Shown in pieces: positions 28,124 through 37,999 of a DNA stretch of 64,000 nucleotides. The notes under the pieces were generated by a model that did not search any database, was not told where the DNA came from, and worked only from the letters and a program-made list of their open reading frames with translations. The position numbers and the translations under genes were made by a program. The stretch spans positions 672,001 through 736,000 of the forward strand of contig CBDFJG010000003.1 in assembly GCA_965248445.1 (NCBI GenBank), written 5' to 3'. Origin of the DNA: Planctomycetota bacterium. GTDB lineage: Bacteria > Planctomycetota > JAJSAM01 > JAJVHW01. Each line of letters begins with the position of its first letter. Position 1 is the first letter of the stretch.

Positions 28124-29818
28124 GTGCGCGCGACGATCGTCCTGGCTCTTGCCGCGCTGGCCCTCCCGCTGGCGTTCGTGTCGCCGTTGATCGGCCTGTG
28201 CTGGTACTCGGTTCTCGCCTATATGCGGCCGCACGAGTGGGCGTACGGGATCGGGCACATCAGCTTCGGTCTGTACACGGCCGTGGCGCTCCTCGCCGGG
28301 ATGGCGGCGCGCGGCAAGTTCCAGTTGTTCAGGGGCAGCCCGGTCACCTACACGCTGCTGGTGCTGTGGTTCTGGTATGCGATCACCGCGCACACGGCCA
28401 TCGATCCGCTCCTGGCCAAGTCGATGGGCCTCTCGCACATCTCGAAGATTTTCCTGATCTGCCTGGTGACCACCGCGCTCTGCGAAGACCGCAAGTCCAT
28501 CAAGTGGGTGCTGCTCGCGATCGTCGGCGGCCTCTCGTTCCACGGCATCAAGATGGGCATCTACGGGATCGCGCACCCGGGCACACAGATCACCGCGCCC
28601 ATCGGCGGCATGATCTCCGGCAACAACGAGAACGCGATCGCGCTGAACATCGCGCTGCCGTTCTGCGTCTACTTCGCCCTGCAGGCGAAGACGATGTCGC
28701 GTCGCTGGGTCTGGTGGATCACGAGCGTCCTGACTCTCATCGCCGTGATCTTCTCGTACTCGCGCGGCGGGTTCCTGGGAACGGTCGCTGCGGCGTGCGT
28801 GATGCTCTGGAACACGCGCGCGCGCCTCTTGATGTTGACGGTCGTCGCGCCGCTCGTCGTCACCGCGTTCCTCACGTTCGCACCCGACTCGTACGTCGAG
28901 CGCATCGGCAACATCAACGTCGCGCGCAAGACAGATCAGTCAGCGTTGCGGCGGCTCCAGGCGTGGGGCTCTGCATGGACGATCACGAAGGCGCGCCCCA
29001 TCGTGGGCATCGGCCCGCGCAACTTCCCGGACAACTTCCGGCGCTTCCCCCACGACCACGACATGCCGCGGATGGAGATCCACAACACCTACCTCGAGAT
29101 CTCGAGCTCGACCGGCATCCCCGGACTCCTGCTCTACCTGCTGTTCATCGGCGCAGCCTGGCGCAGTTGCGCGCGTGTCCGCCGCGATGCGCTCGCGCGC
29201 GCCGACGAGCGCTTGGTGTGGTACGTGCACACGAGCCAGGCGCTGCAGGCGTCCATCACCGGATTCCTGGTGTCCAGCACCTTCGGCAGCCTCATGCACT
29301 TCGACTTGCTCTATCACATGTGTGCGATCTCGGCCTGCCTGCCGTTTGCGTACCGCAAGGAGATCGCCGTGCTCGACACGGCGGACGCATACGTCCGTCT
29401 CGAGACGTACGAGTTGCCGACCGAAGATCAGATGCCGGATGTTGAGTTCGGTCTGGTCGTCGAGGAGGTCCACGACGTTTCGGATGGGGTCTCTGTCTCG
29501 ATCGGCACCGCGGCCGGCCAAGACGCCGCCGCACGGGACGGGGTCGTCACGGCCGCAGCGGACGCCGCCAACGCGATGCGTCCGCCCGAACGGCCGTGGA
29601 ACCAGGGCGAGGGTCCGCGCAAGCGGGGACTGACTGCGCGCTGGCTGAGAGAGCGTGCGCGCGGCCAGACCGCTCCGGCGGACGATGGCATGACGCACTA
29701 CGGGGTGACGTGCCCCGGCGATTCGGACGAAGGGGAGCCCGGCGCCCCAACGGGCTCCGAAACGTACCTCGGCGCGTTCGACCTCGGCACGGCAGAGAGC
29801 CGGCCGGGCGACGAGTAG
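28124..29818 (+). CDS. O-antigen ligase/polymerase-family membrane protein
   Basis: Multiple TMs, NNENAIA, SYSRGGFLG, RLQAW, IVGIGP, HNTYLE; SD GAGGAG; long acidic C-terminal tail. Confidence 0.88.
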   Translation: MRATIVLALAALALPLAFVSPLIGLCWYSVLAYMRPHEWAYGIGHISFGLYTAVALLAGMAARGKFQLFRGSPVTYTLLVLWFWYAITAHTAIDPLLAKSMGLSHISKIFLICLVTTALCEDRKSIKWVLLAIVGGLSFHGIKMGIYGIAHPGTQITAPIGGMISGNNENAIALNIALPFCVYFALQAKTMSRRWVWWITSVLTLIAVIFSYSRGGFLGTVAAACVMLWNTRARLLMLTVVAPLVVTAFLTFAPDSYVERIGNINVARKTDQSALRRLQAWGSAWTITKARPIVGIGPRNFPDNFRRFPHDHDMPRMEIHNTYLEISSSTGIPGLLLYLLFIGAAWRSCARVRRDALARADERLVWYVHTSQALQASITGFLVSSTFGSLMHFDLLYHMCAISACLPFAYRKEIAVLDTADAYVRLETYELPTEDQMPDVEFGLVVEEVHDVSDGVSVSIGTAAGQDAAARDGVVTAAADAANAMRPPERPWNQGEGPRKRGLTARWLRERARGQTAPADDGMTHYGVTCPGDSDEGEPGAPTGSETYLGAFDLGTAESRPGDE

Positions 29819-29875
29819 CGCACGCCGTCTGCGGCCGCGCTGCTACGATCCGCGCGGCCCTGCGGAGACCCTGAC

Positions 29876-30625
29876 TTGCCGAGAGACCGTCCCTTCGAGA
29901 GCGCCGTGATCATCGGCGCCAGCAGCGGGATCGGAGCCGCGCTCGCGCGGCGTCTGGCGTCCGAGGGCACGCGCGTGGCCTTGCTGGCGCGGCGCGGGGA
30001 TCTGCTGCGAACCGTCACGGAGGAGCTCCGTGCGGGCGGCGCCGTCGCCGTGGCGCACGAGCACGACGTGCAGGCGCACGAGGAGATCCCCGGGCTTCTC
30101 GACCTCATCACGACCGAGATCGGCGAGCCGGATCTGGTCATCTACTCCGCGGGGCTGCTGCTGCCTGTGGAACCCGACGAGTTCACGGCCGCGAAGGACA
30201 CGCAGATGCTCGCAGTCAACCTGGTGGGGGCGGTGGCCTGGCTGGACCACGCGGCGGTGCGCATGGGCGCGCGCGGCGCCGGGACGATCGTCGGGATCTC
30301 CTCGATCGCCGGCGACCGGGGACGCCGCGGCATGCCTGCGTACTGCGCGTCGAAGGCCGGTCTGACGTCGTTCCTCGAGTCGTTGCGCAACCGCCTCGCA
30401 ACGCGCGGGGTCGACATCGTCACGGTCCGTCCGGGGTTCGTGGACACCGACATGACCAAGGGTATGAAGACGCACGGCATGATCTCCGCCCCGCGCGCGG
30501 CGGAGATCATCCTGCACTATGCACGCAGGGGCAGCGTCGACGTGCACGTCCCCCGCCGCTGGGGGTTCGTGTCGTTCGTCATCCGCGCGATACCGTCGTG
30601 GTTGTTCCGCCATCTCCCGATTTGA
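29876..30625 (+). CDS. SDR oxidoreductase, DprE2-like
   Basis: GASSGIG, ISSIAGDRGR, YCASK, VRPGFVDTDMT; adjacent to a DprE1-like gene. Confidence 0.85.
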   Translation: MPRDRPFESAVIIGASSGIGAALARRLASEGTRVALLARRGDLLRTVTEELRAGGAVAVAHEHDVQAHEEIPGLLDLITTEIGEPDLVIYSAGLLLPVEPDEFTAAKDTQMLAVNLVGAVAWLDHAAVRMGARGAGTIVGISSIAGDRGRRGMPAYCASKAGLTSFLESLRNRLATRGVDIVTVRPGFVDTDMTKGMKTHGMISAPRAAEIILHYARRGSVDVHVPRRWGFVSFVIRAIPSWLFRHLPI

Positions 30626-30626
30626 C

Positions 30627-32048
30627 ATGACCTCCCCCGCCGTCACGACTCCGCCAGAGTGGCACGCGCTGCAGGGCTTCGGCCGCTCGGTCGGTGCTCC
30701 CGCGAGGATGTTCCGTCCCGTGGACGCCGACGAGGTGCTCGAGGCACTGCGGCGGGCGCGGGAGGACGGCCGCCGGCTCTGTCTGCGCGCAGGTGGCCGC
30801 AGCTACGGCGACGCGGCGGTGCACGATGGTGACGTGCTCGATCTCCGCGGGCTGACGGGCATTGCGCTCGACGTCGACGCCGGCATGGCCACCGTCGGCG
30901 CCGGCGTGACGATCGGACAGCTCTGGCGCGCGTCGCTCCCCTACGGTCTCTGGCCGATGGTCGTGCCGGGCACCCAGCACGCGACCATCGGTGGCTGCCT
31001 CGCTATGCACGTCCACGGCAAGAACCAGTTCCGTGACGGAGCGATCGGCGAGCACGTGGCGTCGCTGCAGCTGGCCACGCCGGACGGCGTGCTTCGCGAC
31101 GTGGTGGCCGGGCGGGACGACGAGTTGCTGCGCGCGCTCGTTTCGGGCTTCGGGATGCTGGGTGTGATCACGAGCGCCACACTTCGCATGCGCAGGGTGG
31201 AGTCGGGCGACGTTGCCGTCGAGCGACGGAGGGTCGCGACGCTGCGGGCGGCGTTCGAAGTACTGGACGAACTCGCCGAGCGCTCCGACTACGTCGTCGG
31301 CTGGGTGGACGGATTTTCGCGTCGGGGCGCGTCGGTGTTGCACGGTGCGCGCCACCTGGCCGCCCATGAGGATCCGCATCCCGAGAAGTCTCTCCAGGCC
31401 CACGCGCAAGAGCCGCCGGGCCGTGTGCTCGGAGTTGTTCCCAACGCACATGCGTCGCTGCTAGCTCGGCCGTTCGCGCACTCTGCCGGCGTGCGGGTCG
31501 TCAACCTGGTCAGGCGCGCGCTCTCGGCGTTGCACAGCCGGGAATTGGGGCTCGAACGCATCGCCGCGTTCTCGTTCCTGCTGGATCGCGTGCCCCACTG
31601 GCGCGACTTCTACGGCGCGGGGGGGATGCTGCAGCATCAGAGCGTCGTCCCGCACGATGCGGCACCGGAGGTGCACGGGCGTCTCCTCGAGATGTGTCGT
31701 GCGGCGGATCTCGTCCCGTGGCTCGCGGTGCTGAAGAAGCACCGGAGTGACGAATTCCTGCTCACACACAGCCTCGACGGCTGGTCGCTGGCGCTGGACT
31801 TCAGGGTCACGCGTCGGAACCGCGAACGCCTGTGGGCGCTGTGCCGGGACATGGACGAGACCGTGATCTCGAATGGCGGCAGCTTCTACCCCGCCAAGGA
31901 CCAGACCGCGACGGCAGACGCGTTTCGCCGCGCGTTCCCCAGCCTGCCGGCGTTCCGAGCGTGGAAGACGCGTCTCGATCCGGACGGCGTGCTCACCAGC
32001 GCGCTGGCGGAGCGCCTCGGCGTGGTCGATGCCCACACGGAGGGCTAG
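30627..32048 (+). CDS. FAD oxidoreductase, DprE1-like
   Basis: GRSYGDAA, VVPGT..TIGG...VHGKN, GWSLALDF, GGSFYPAKD, LDPDGVLTS. Confidence 0.85.
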   Translation: MTSPAVTTPPEWHALQGFGRSVGAPARMFRPVDADEVLEALRRAREDGRRLCLRAGGRSYGDAAVHDGDVLDLRGLTGIALDVDAGMATVGAGVTIGQLWRASLPYGLWPMVVPGTQHATIGGCLAMHVHGKNQFRDGAIGEHVASLQLATPDGVLRDVVAGRDDELLRALVSGFGMLGVITSATLRMRRVESGDVAVERRRVATLRAAFEVLDELAERSDYVVGWVDGFSRRGASVLHGARHLAAHEDPHPEKSLQAHAQEPPGRVLGVVPNAHASLLARPFAHSAGVRVVNLVRRALSALHSRELGLERIAAFSFLLDRVPHWRDFYGAGGMLQHQSVVPHDAAPEVHGRLLEMCRAADLVPWLAVLKKHRSDEFLLTHSLDGWSLALDFRVTRRNRERLWALCRDMDETVISNGGSFYPAKDQTATADAFRRAFPSLPAFRAWKTRLDPDGVLTSALAERLGVVDAHTEG

Positions 32049-32057
32049 CCGGGCTAG

Positions 32058-33726
32058 CCGCATCTGTTCACGAGACGTCGCGATGACGGTGCTTTCGGAG
32101 TCCACAGGGTCAGATCTTGGCCAGGCGAGGGCGGATGCTGTCGTCGTTGCCACAAGGGCAACGCGAGTGAGCGGCCGAAACGGCGCGGATTCTGCGGTGT
32201 GGGCAGACCGTAGGCCGGGCGGTGGTGTGGCGGACGGCGCGGCGGGACGTCAGGTCGGCTTCGGGGATGCCAGCAGTCGTTGCGCGCAGCGCTCGAAGAC
32301 GTGCTGCCAGGGCCACGACGAGGACATCGAGACCCAGATCCGGCGCGTCGTGATCCGCACGAGCGCGCCGATCTTGAGCAGCCGCAGGCGGATCGTGCCG
32401 GCTTGCGCACGCGCCATCTCGGTGCCGGCGAGACCGATGCGTCGCAGCGCACAGGTCAGGACGTAGGCCATGGCCGACATGGCCATCCGCACGGCGTTGC
32501 CCTGCATCGTGTGCACCGACAGACGGGTGCCGAAGAGCTCGAGCTGCTGCTCCTTGATGCGATTCTCCGCCTCGCCCCGGGCGCAGTAGAGCTGCTCGTA
32601 GAGACGCTTGCTGCTCCAGCTACGAGGCGGCAGATTGGTCACCACGAAGCGGGGATTGCGCTTGCCGCCCGGCAGGTGCTCGGCCTTGGCGACCACGCGA
32701 CGCCTCTGGCTCCAGCTCCCCAGCGTGGTCCAGGCAAAGTCGCGAAAGACCCGGGCTGCTCGGCCGGTCTGCACGGCACGGGCTGCGGCCTCATCGAGCG
32801 CGTCTTCGACGTGTCGCTCAAGGCGCTCATTGCGCGCCATGCCCAGCAGGTAGAAGTGGCCGGCGGCCTCGCACCAGGCCATCAGCTCCTCGCGGCAAAA
32901 GCCCGAGTCTGCGCGCACGAGCACCTTGGCCCGGGGCCAGCGGCGCCGCAGACGTAAGACCAGCGCACGGAGCTCGTCCACGACTCCGCGCGCGGGATCT
33001 CTGTCAGCGGTCTGGAGCCGAGCGAGCAAGAGGTGCTCGCCGCAGAAGACGTACAGCGGCAGGTAGCAGTAGTGCCCGTAGTAGCCGTGGAAGAAGCGGC
33101 CCTCCTGCCGGCCGTGCAGCCGCACGTCGGAGTGGTCCAGGTCCAGCACGAGCAGGCCCGGATCCTCCGGCCCCATGGCCTCGCAGAAGACGTCGCTGAG
33201 CACGCTGTCCACGCGCTCCTGGTCCATCTCGATCTTGGCGTAGCGCGTCTGTGCCGTGGCGCCGAGCTGCGTGGTCTCGAGCCGCGAGAGCGTCGGGTGC
33301 GTGGCCAGAGCACCCTCGCGCTTGCCGCACGCCGCGGCAAACAGCGGGTCCTTGCCGACATGGTCGTGGTCCACCAGATCCTCGTAGCCCGCGCACAGCC
33401 CGAAGACCCGCTGACGCAGCATCTGGCCGACCGTGTGCTCGACCCGACGCGGGTCCCGGTGGTCCCCGAAGCAGCGCGCAAACCGCGAGAGCAGATCGAT
33501 GCGACGATCGACCCGCTCGAGCAGCAGCACGCCCCCGTCGCTCGTCACGGTACCGGCGTCGAAGCGCGTCACCGCGGTGCGTCCACAGATGCCCGCGAAG
33601 AGGGTCCCCTGCGGGCTACAGTCTGTCGTCATCGGGCCGGCGCTCCTGTCGGTGCAAGTACTAGCGAGTACGAGCACTTAGACAGACGACGGCCCGCTCA
33701 GATTCCCGGCTGGTGAACGATTCGGG
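32058..33726 (-). mobile_element. IS1380-family element (1669 bp)
   Basis: Imperfect IRs CCGCATCTGTTCACGAG / CCCGAATCGTTCACCAG; CTAG direct repeats at 32054-32057 and 33727-33730. Confidence 0.9.
32250..33632 (-). CDS. IS1380 DDE transposase
   Basis: TSDGG, GYEDL.D, LDLD..D..LHGRQEG.FFHGYY, RADSGF, NPRFVVT, YCARGEAENRIKE. Confidence 0.95.
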   Translation of the reverse strand: MTTDCSPQGTLFAGICGRTAVTRFDAGTVTSDGGVLLLERVDRRIDLLSRFARCFGDHRDPRRVEHTVGQMLRQRVFGLCAGYEDLVDHDHVGKDPLFAAACGKREGALATHPTLSRLETTQLGATAQTRYAKIEMDQERVDSVLSDVFCEAMGPEDPGLLVLDLDHSDVRLHGRQEGRFFHGYYGHYCYLPLYVFCGEHLLLARLQTADRDPARGVVDELRALVLRLRRRWPRAKVLVRADSGFCREELMAWCEAAGHFYLLGMARNERLERHVEDALDEAAARAVQTGRAARVFRDFAWTTLGSWSQRRRVVAKAEHLPGGKRNPRFVVTNLPPRSWSSKRLYEQLYCARGEAENRIKEQQLELFGTRLSVHTMQGNAVRMAMSAMAYVLTCALRRIGLAGTEMARAQAGTIRLRLLKIGALVRITTRRIWVSMSSSWPWQHVFERCAQRLLASPKPT

Positions 33727-33727
33727 C

Positions 33728-33751
33728 TAGCAGCGCGTCGACGCGCTGCTA
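33728..33751. terminator. Perfect 24-bp palindrome between convergent genes
   Basis: TAGCAGCGCGTCGACGCGCTGCTA; includes the DUF362 stop codon; no U-tract. Confidence 0.45.
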
Positions 33752-35251
33752 CGAGATGTCGGTGCGCACGTCGGCGTAGGGGTCCGACGAGTACGCCGGC
33801 GCCCCGCGCGGTACGTCCGCCGCCTCGACGTGCCCCAGCCATCCGAGGCTCGGCCGGAGCGGCGTGCTCGGCAACTCGGGCACCACCCGCAGATCGTCAG
33901 GGGTGTGCTCCGTGATCGGCCACTCCCCCACCGTGAACGCCTCGCGAACGCAGGGCAGTCGCTCGGGATCGAATCCGATCATGCGGGCGCAGGCCAGGTC
34001 GACGAGCGCTTGGTCGAAACCCGCGAGCACGACTCCGGAGTGCACGGGATCCGGACGCAGCGGACCCTCGTTCTCGCCCGTCACGATGGCGTCGACGATG
34101 GTCAGCCACTTGCGCCGCTCCCGGCCGAAGGCGCCGTCGCCGCGCGCGTAGATGGCGGCGCGGTTCAGGTCGAGAACCATGCGCCAGACCGTGTCGTTCC
34201 CGTACCAGGAGCCCTCCCGGTAGTGGTCCGGGAACGGCTTCACGCGATTTGAGATGCTGATCGCCTTGCGCGCGGCCCGCAGCGCAATCCGGCGGACTCC
34301 GGGCCCCGCAGCGTCGATCTCGTAGTCGAGCTTCGACAGGAGCGCTTTGCGCGGGGAGGAGATCGGGTACTCGTCCCCACCGCAGTTGACTGCACCTGAG
34401 CGATGGTGCGGAAGCCACGCCTTGTCGCCGTTCAGGCCGACGAGGTTCTTGAGCGCGCACGTCATTCCCGCCTTGCGGTGGGTCTTGAGCTTCGGCACGT
34501 TGATCAGCACGTCGGAGTCGAGAGCGGTGCACGCCATCAGATACTCATGCTTGCCCGGCCGGTGGTGCATCGGGGTCGACTCTGCGTCGTAGCCCGTGAC
34601 GCGATAGCGGTCGTGGCCCTCGTCGAGGGGTGCGAGCACGCTGTTGTCGCCGAGATCCACGGGCTGCAGACCGTTCGGATCACCGGCCAGTTCGTACCGG
34701 GCGCCAGCGAAGCCGGCGTCGCTCTCGGTCCTGCCGGTGCAGCGGAAGTCCAGAAGGTCGATCGGAACGTCCGCGCGATCCTGCACGGCCGCAGCCATCG
34801 CCCCGATCCCCGTGATCGCGAGGAGCTTCTCGAAGTCGCAGCTCTGCAGGGGCGCGTCTCCTAGGGTGACGCGACCCTCACCGCGCAGCGCGAGCAGCAC
34901 GTAATCGAGCACGACGCGTACGACCGAACCGTGCGTCAGCATGCAGTCGACGCCTCCCGGTCCGTGGTTCTCGTGGCGCACCATGTTCGGCTTGACGAGC
35001 ACGTTCATGCCGGGCTCGATCAGGACGCCGAGCGGGTTCCACTCCGGCGTGCCGAAGCGGGCCGCGTCGAGACCCAGGAGCCGCAACGACTCGCGCACGG
35101 CGGCGTACGCCGGGTTCGGTGTCCGCGCGACGGGCACCGCCGCCATCTCCGGGTAGCGCTCCGAGGGATCGAACGGCGCGGACCGCGCGTACCCGGGCGA
35201 GAGGGTGCGCGCGGCGGCGACGACGCGGGTGTCCAGATCGTGGCTGCTCAT
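33749..35251 (-). CDS. DUF362 domain protein
   Basis: VLVKPNMV, THGSVV, GDAPLQ, INVPKLKTHRKAGMTCALKNLVG, WYGNDTVWR, GENEGP. Confidence 0.9.
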   Translation of the reverse strand: MSSHDLDTRVVAAARTLSPGYARSAPFDPSERYPEMAAVPVARTPNPAYAAVRESLRLLGLDAARFGTPEWNPLGVLIEPGMNVLVKPNMVRHENHGPGGVDCMLTHGSVVRVVLDYVLLALRGEGRVTLGDAPLQSCDFEKLLAITGIGAMAAAVQDRADVPIDLLDFRCTGRTESDAGFAGARYELAGDPNGLQPVDLGDNSVLAPLDEGHDRYRVTGYDAESTPMHHRPGKHEYLMACTALDSDVLINVPKLKTHRKAGMTCALKNLVGLNGDKAWLPHHRSGAVNCGGDEYPISSPRKALLSKLDYEIDAAGPGVRRIALRAARKAISISNRVKPFPDHYREGSWYGNDTVWRMVLDLNRAAIYARGDGAFGRERRKWLTIVDAIVTGENEGPLRPDPVHSGVVLAGFDQALVDLACARMIGFDPERLPCVREAFTVGEWPITEHTPDDLRVVPELPSTPLRPSLGWLGHVEAADVPRGAPAYSSDPYADVRTDIS

Positions 35252-36633
35252 CGGGCTCTCTCCGTCGCGGCCGCGGCAACACGGGCCTCCGGCTCGTATC
35301 GGCTCTGCGTGACCCGGACCTTTCCCGACGGCGTTCGTTCGAGTTCCCGGACGCGGGTCACGCGGACCGGAAGACTGCCGAGCATCTCGCGAGCCGGTTC
35401 GATCACGGTCGCGACGTCGTCGGCTCCGGGTTCGTGCGCGGTCACGACGCGCACTTCGACGGCCCCCGCCTCGTCCTGAACGACCTGGAACGCCTCCACC
35501 CAGGAGAACTCCTTCATCAGGTGCGGGAAGAACGCGCCGCTGAGGGCGCCACCGGCCGAGGTCCAGAGCACGTCCATGGAGCGGCCGTCGACGCGGGCGA
35601 TGCGGGGATAGCCGATGCCGCACGGACACGGTGCGTCGCCGGCCGCCGTCGCGAGGTCACCGACTTCGTAGCGAACCATCGGGAACGCGTGGTTGTCGAG
35701 CAACGTGATCAGCAGACGGCCGCTCTCGCCGGGCCTCGCCGGCCGGCCGTCGACATCGATCTCCACGTGGACGTGCGGCGAGACGACGTGCAGCCCGTCG
35801 TGCTCCGAGCACTCCTGCGCGACGATGCCGAGTTCCCGGCTGCCGTATCGATCGAACACCGGGGCACCGAACGCGCGCTCCACGAGTTCGCGGGTCTCGC
35901 GGGTCAGCGGCTCCGCCGTCGAGATGACCCCACGCGGGTGCAGCGGCGGTCTCCCGGACGCGATGATCGCCTCCGAGACAACGCGAAGCAGCGACGCGTA
36001 CGCCGTGACCAAGCGTGGCCGGAACCGATACAGCGCGTCCAGTTTCCGGCTGAGCACCGCAGGCGACAGATCGAAGCCCGCCAGGAACAGCAGGTTGCGT
36101 GCCCGCTCGCCGGCAGTGCGGCGCAGCCGTTGGAACCTGCTCTCCGCGAGCGGAGTGCCCCACACCGAGGCCTCCCGCTCGCCGAGACGGAAGCCCGTCC
36201 ACTCGTCTCCCCGCACCGCGCCGGCCGTCGCCCGGCACCACCATGTCGTGTCGTGGTAGTACGGTGTGGGCACCCCGGTCGATCCGCCTGTCGCGCCGCG
36301 CACCACGTCGCGGAGGTCAGCGTGCTCCGACAAAATCCGGTCCGCGTGCTCCCGCAACATCTGCTTCGTGAGCACGGGCACGCGCAACAGATCGTCGGCG
36401 TGCCGCAGCGACTCGGGGGTGATGCCGTGCGCCTCGTACAGCTCGCGCAGGAACGGCGAGTGCGCGGCGGCGTGCCGCGCCGTCGCCAGCGCGGCTGCAG
36501 TGCCGCGCCGACGCGCTTCCTCCGGCTCCTCGCGCTCTGCTGCGTGGAGCTCAGCGACTGCGTGCCGCACGCGCGGCCAGGTCCTGCGGAGCAGGAGTGG
36601 CAGCACGGCGCGGCGCACGAGCATGGGATGCAT
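35248..36633 (-). CDS. Phenylacetate-CoA ligase family (CapK-like) protein
   Basis: TGGSTGVP, YGSRELG, NHAFPMVRYEVGD, CPCG, GRSMD, TPSGK. Confidence 0.9.
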   Translation of the reverse strand: MHPMLVRRAVLPLLLRRTWPRVRHAVAELHAAEREEPEEARRRGTAAALATARHAAAHSPFLRELYEAHGITPESLRHADDLLRVPVLTKQMLREHADRILSEHADLRDVVRGATGGSTGVPTPYYHDTTWWCRATAGAVRGDEWTGFRLGEREASVWGTPLAESRFQRLRRTAGERARNLLFLAGFDLSPAVLSRKLDALYRFRPRLVTAYASLLRVVSEAIIASGRPPLHPRGVISTAEPLTRETRELVERAFGAPVFDRYGSRELGIVAQECSEHDGLHVVSPHVHVEIDVDGRPARPGESGRLLITLLDNHAFPMVRYEVGDLATAAGDAPCPCGIGYPRIARVDGRSMDVLWTSAGGALSGAFFPHLMKEFSWVEAFQVVQDEAGAVEVRVVTAHEPGADDVATVIEPAREMLGSLPVRVTRVRELERTPSGKVRVTQSRYEPEARVAAAATERAR

Positions 36634-37830
36634 GTCGTGGCTCCGTGGTGAGAAGGTCCGTGTCGGCGCGGTGTTTCCGGCCGCGCCCGTGTTCGATCAG
36701 CGACAGATACAGCTCCTCGTAGCGCGCGATCATGCGTGGCAGCGTGAAGTGCGACTCGACCCTTCGGCGCCCGGCCGCTCCGAGACGTGCACGAAGACCC
36801 GCGTCCGCAATCAGCGGCGCGATCGACTCGGCGAGTGCGCCGGGGTCACGCGGCTCGACGAGGAACCCGGTTTCGCCGTGCTCAATGACCTCGCCGTTGC
36901 CGCCGACAGCCGTGCCGATGCAAGGCAGCCCGGCGGCCATCGCCTCGAGGAGTGCGTTGCTCATACCCTCGGTGACCGACGGCAGCACGAAGACGTCGAT
37001 GGCGGCGAATGCGAGCGGCAGGTCGTCGCTCCATCCCGCGAAGTGGGTGCGATCCGAGACGCCCAGTTGCGCAGCCTGAGCCAGCAGCGATTCGTGCTCG
37101 GCACCGGCGCCCACGAGCAGCAAGTGTGCGTCGGAATGGTCGCCGCATAGCTGTGCGAACGCACGTAGCAGGCCCCCATAGTCCTTCGCGGGGTCGTGCC
37201 GCCCCACGGAGCCGATGACCGTCGCGTGTGCGGGGAGGTTGAACGCACGCAGCGCGTCTTCGCGGCACGGCGCGTTCTCGAATAGGTCGAGCCGCACGCC
37301 GTTCGGTACGCAGACGAGCTTCTCACGGCGGACGCGAACGTGGGCGGCCAGCCAGTCGCCGAGTTCCTCGGAGACCGTCGCGACCGTATCGGCCAGCGGG
37401 TACATGAGGTTGCGCAGGAGCGCCCGGCGCTTCTTCATCTGACGGGCTTCGTCGACGTCGCGGCCGTGCTCGCTGTGCAGGATGGCCTTCACCCCGCCGA
37501 GACGCGCACCAAGCACCCCCTCGATGCACGAGAACGCTCGTGTGTGCACCAGGTCGGGCGGTCGGGCTTGGTGCTGCGGAACAGCTTGGCGAGCCGGAGC
37601 GGGAACATCGGGTCGTTACCGACGCGCCGCGGGACGGTCATCACCTCAACTCCGCCTCGCTCGACGCGTGACAGCATTTCTCGCTCACCCGTCCCGTGGT
37701 TCACGGCGAGGACGATCGTGAATCGAAAGCGCTCGGAGTCCAACCCGTTGAGGAGGTTGACGACCCCGTTCTCCGTCCCCCCTCGGCCGAGGGAGTGGAG
37801 CAGGTAGACGACGTGGTACGGCGCGGGCAT
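36551..37830 (-). pseudogene. GT4 glycosyltransferase frameshifted by an 8-bp duplication
   Basis: N-part GGTENGVVNL; C-part HSEHG, VGR, EGMSNALLEAMAAG; GGTCGGGC x2 at 37552-37567 breaks KPDLVH. Confidence 0.88.
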
Positions 37831-37999
37831 GATGGGTGGTGCGGACGGTGGGCCCACATGGTGAGCTCGGACCGTCTCTCATCGGTATGAGGCGAACGGG
37901 CGTTTGAGTGGCCTCGAATCCGCTTTCTCGCGCCGGCGGATTCTCAGATTGAGAAAGCGAACCGGGGCGGCGACCTGTCGTGCCGTGCCCGGAGCGCGT

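Noticed and set aside
36551..36633. 83-bp overlap of the GT4 tail with the CapK-like gene as a dual-coding feature
   Set aside because: Low-complexity run-on tail typical of GC-rich genomes; no evidence of function
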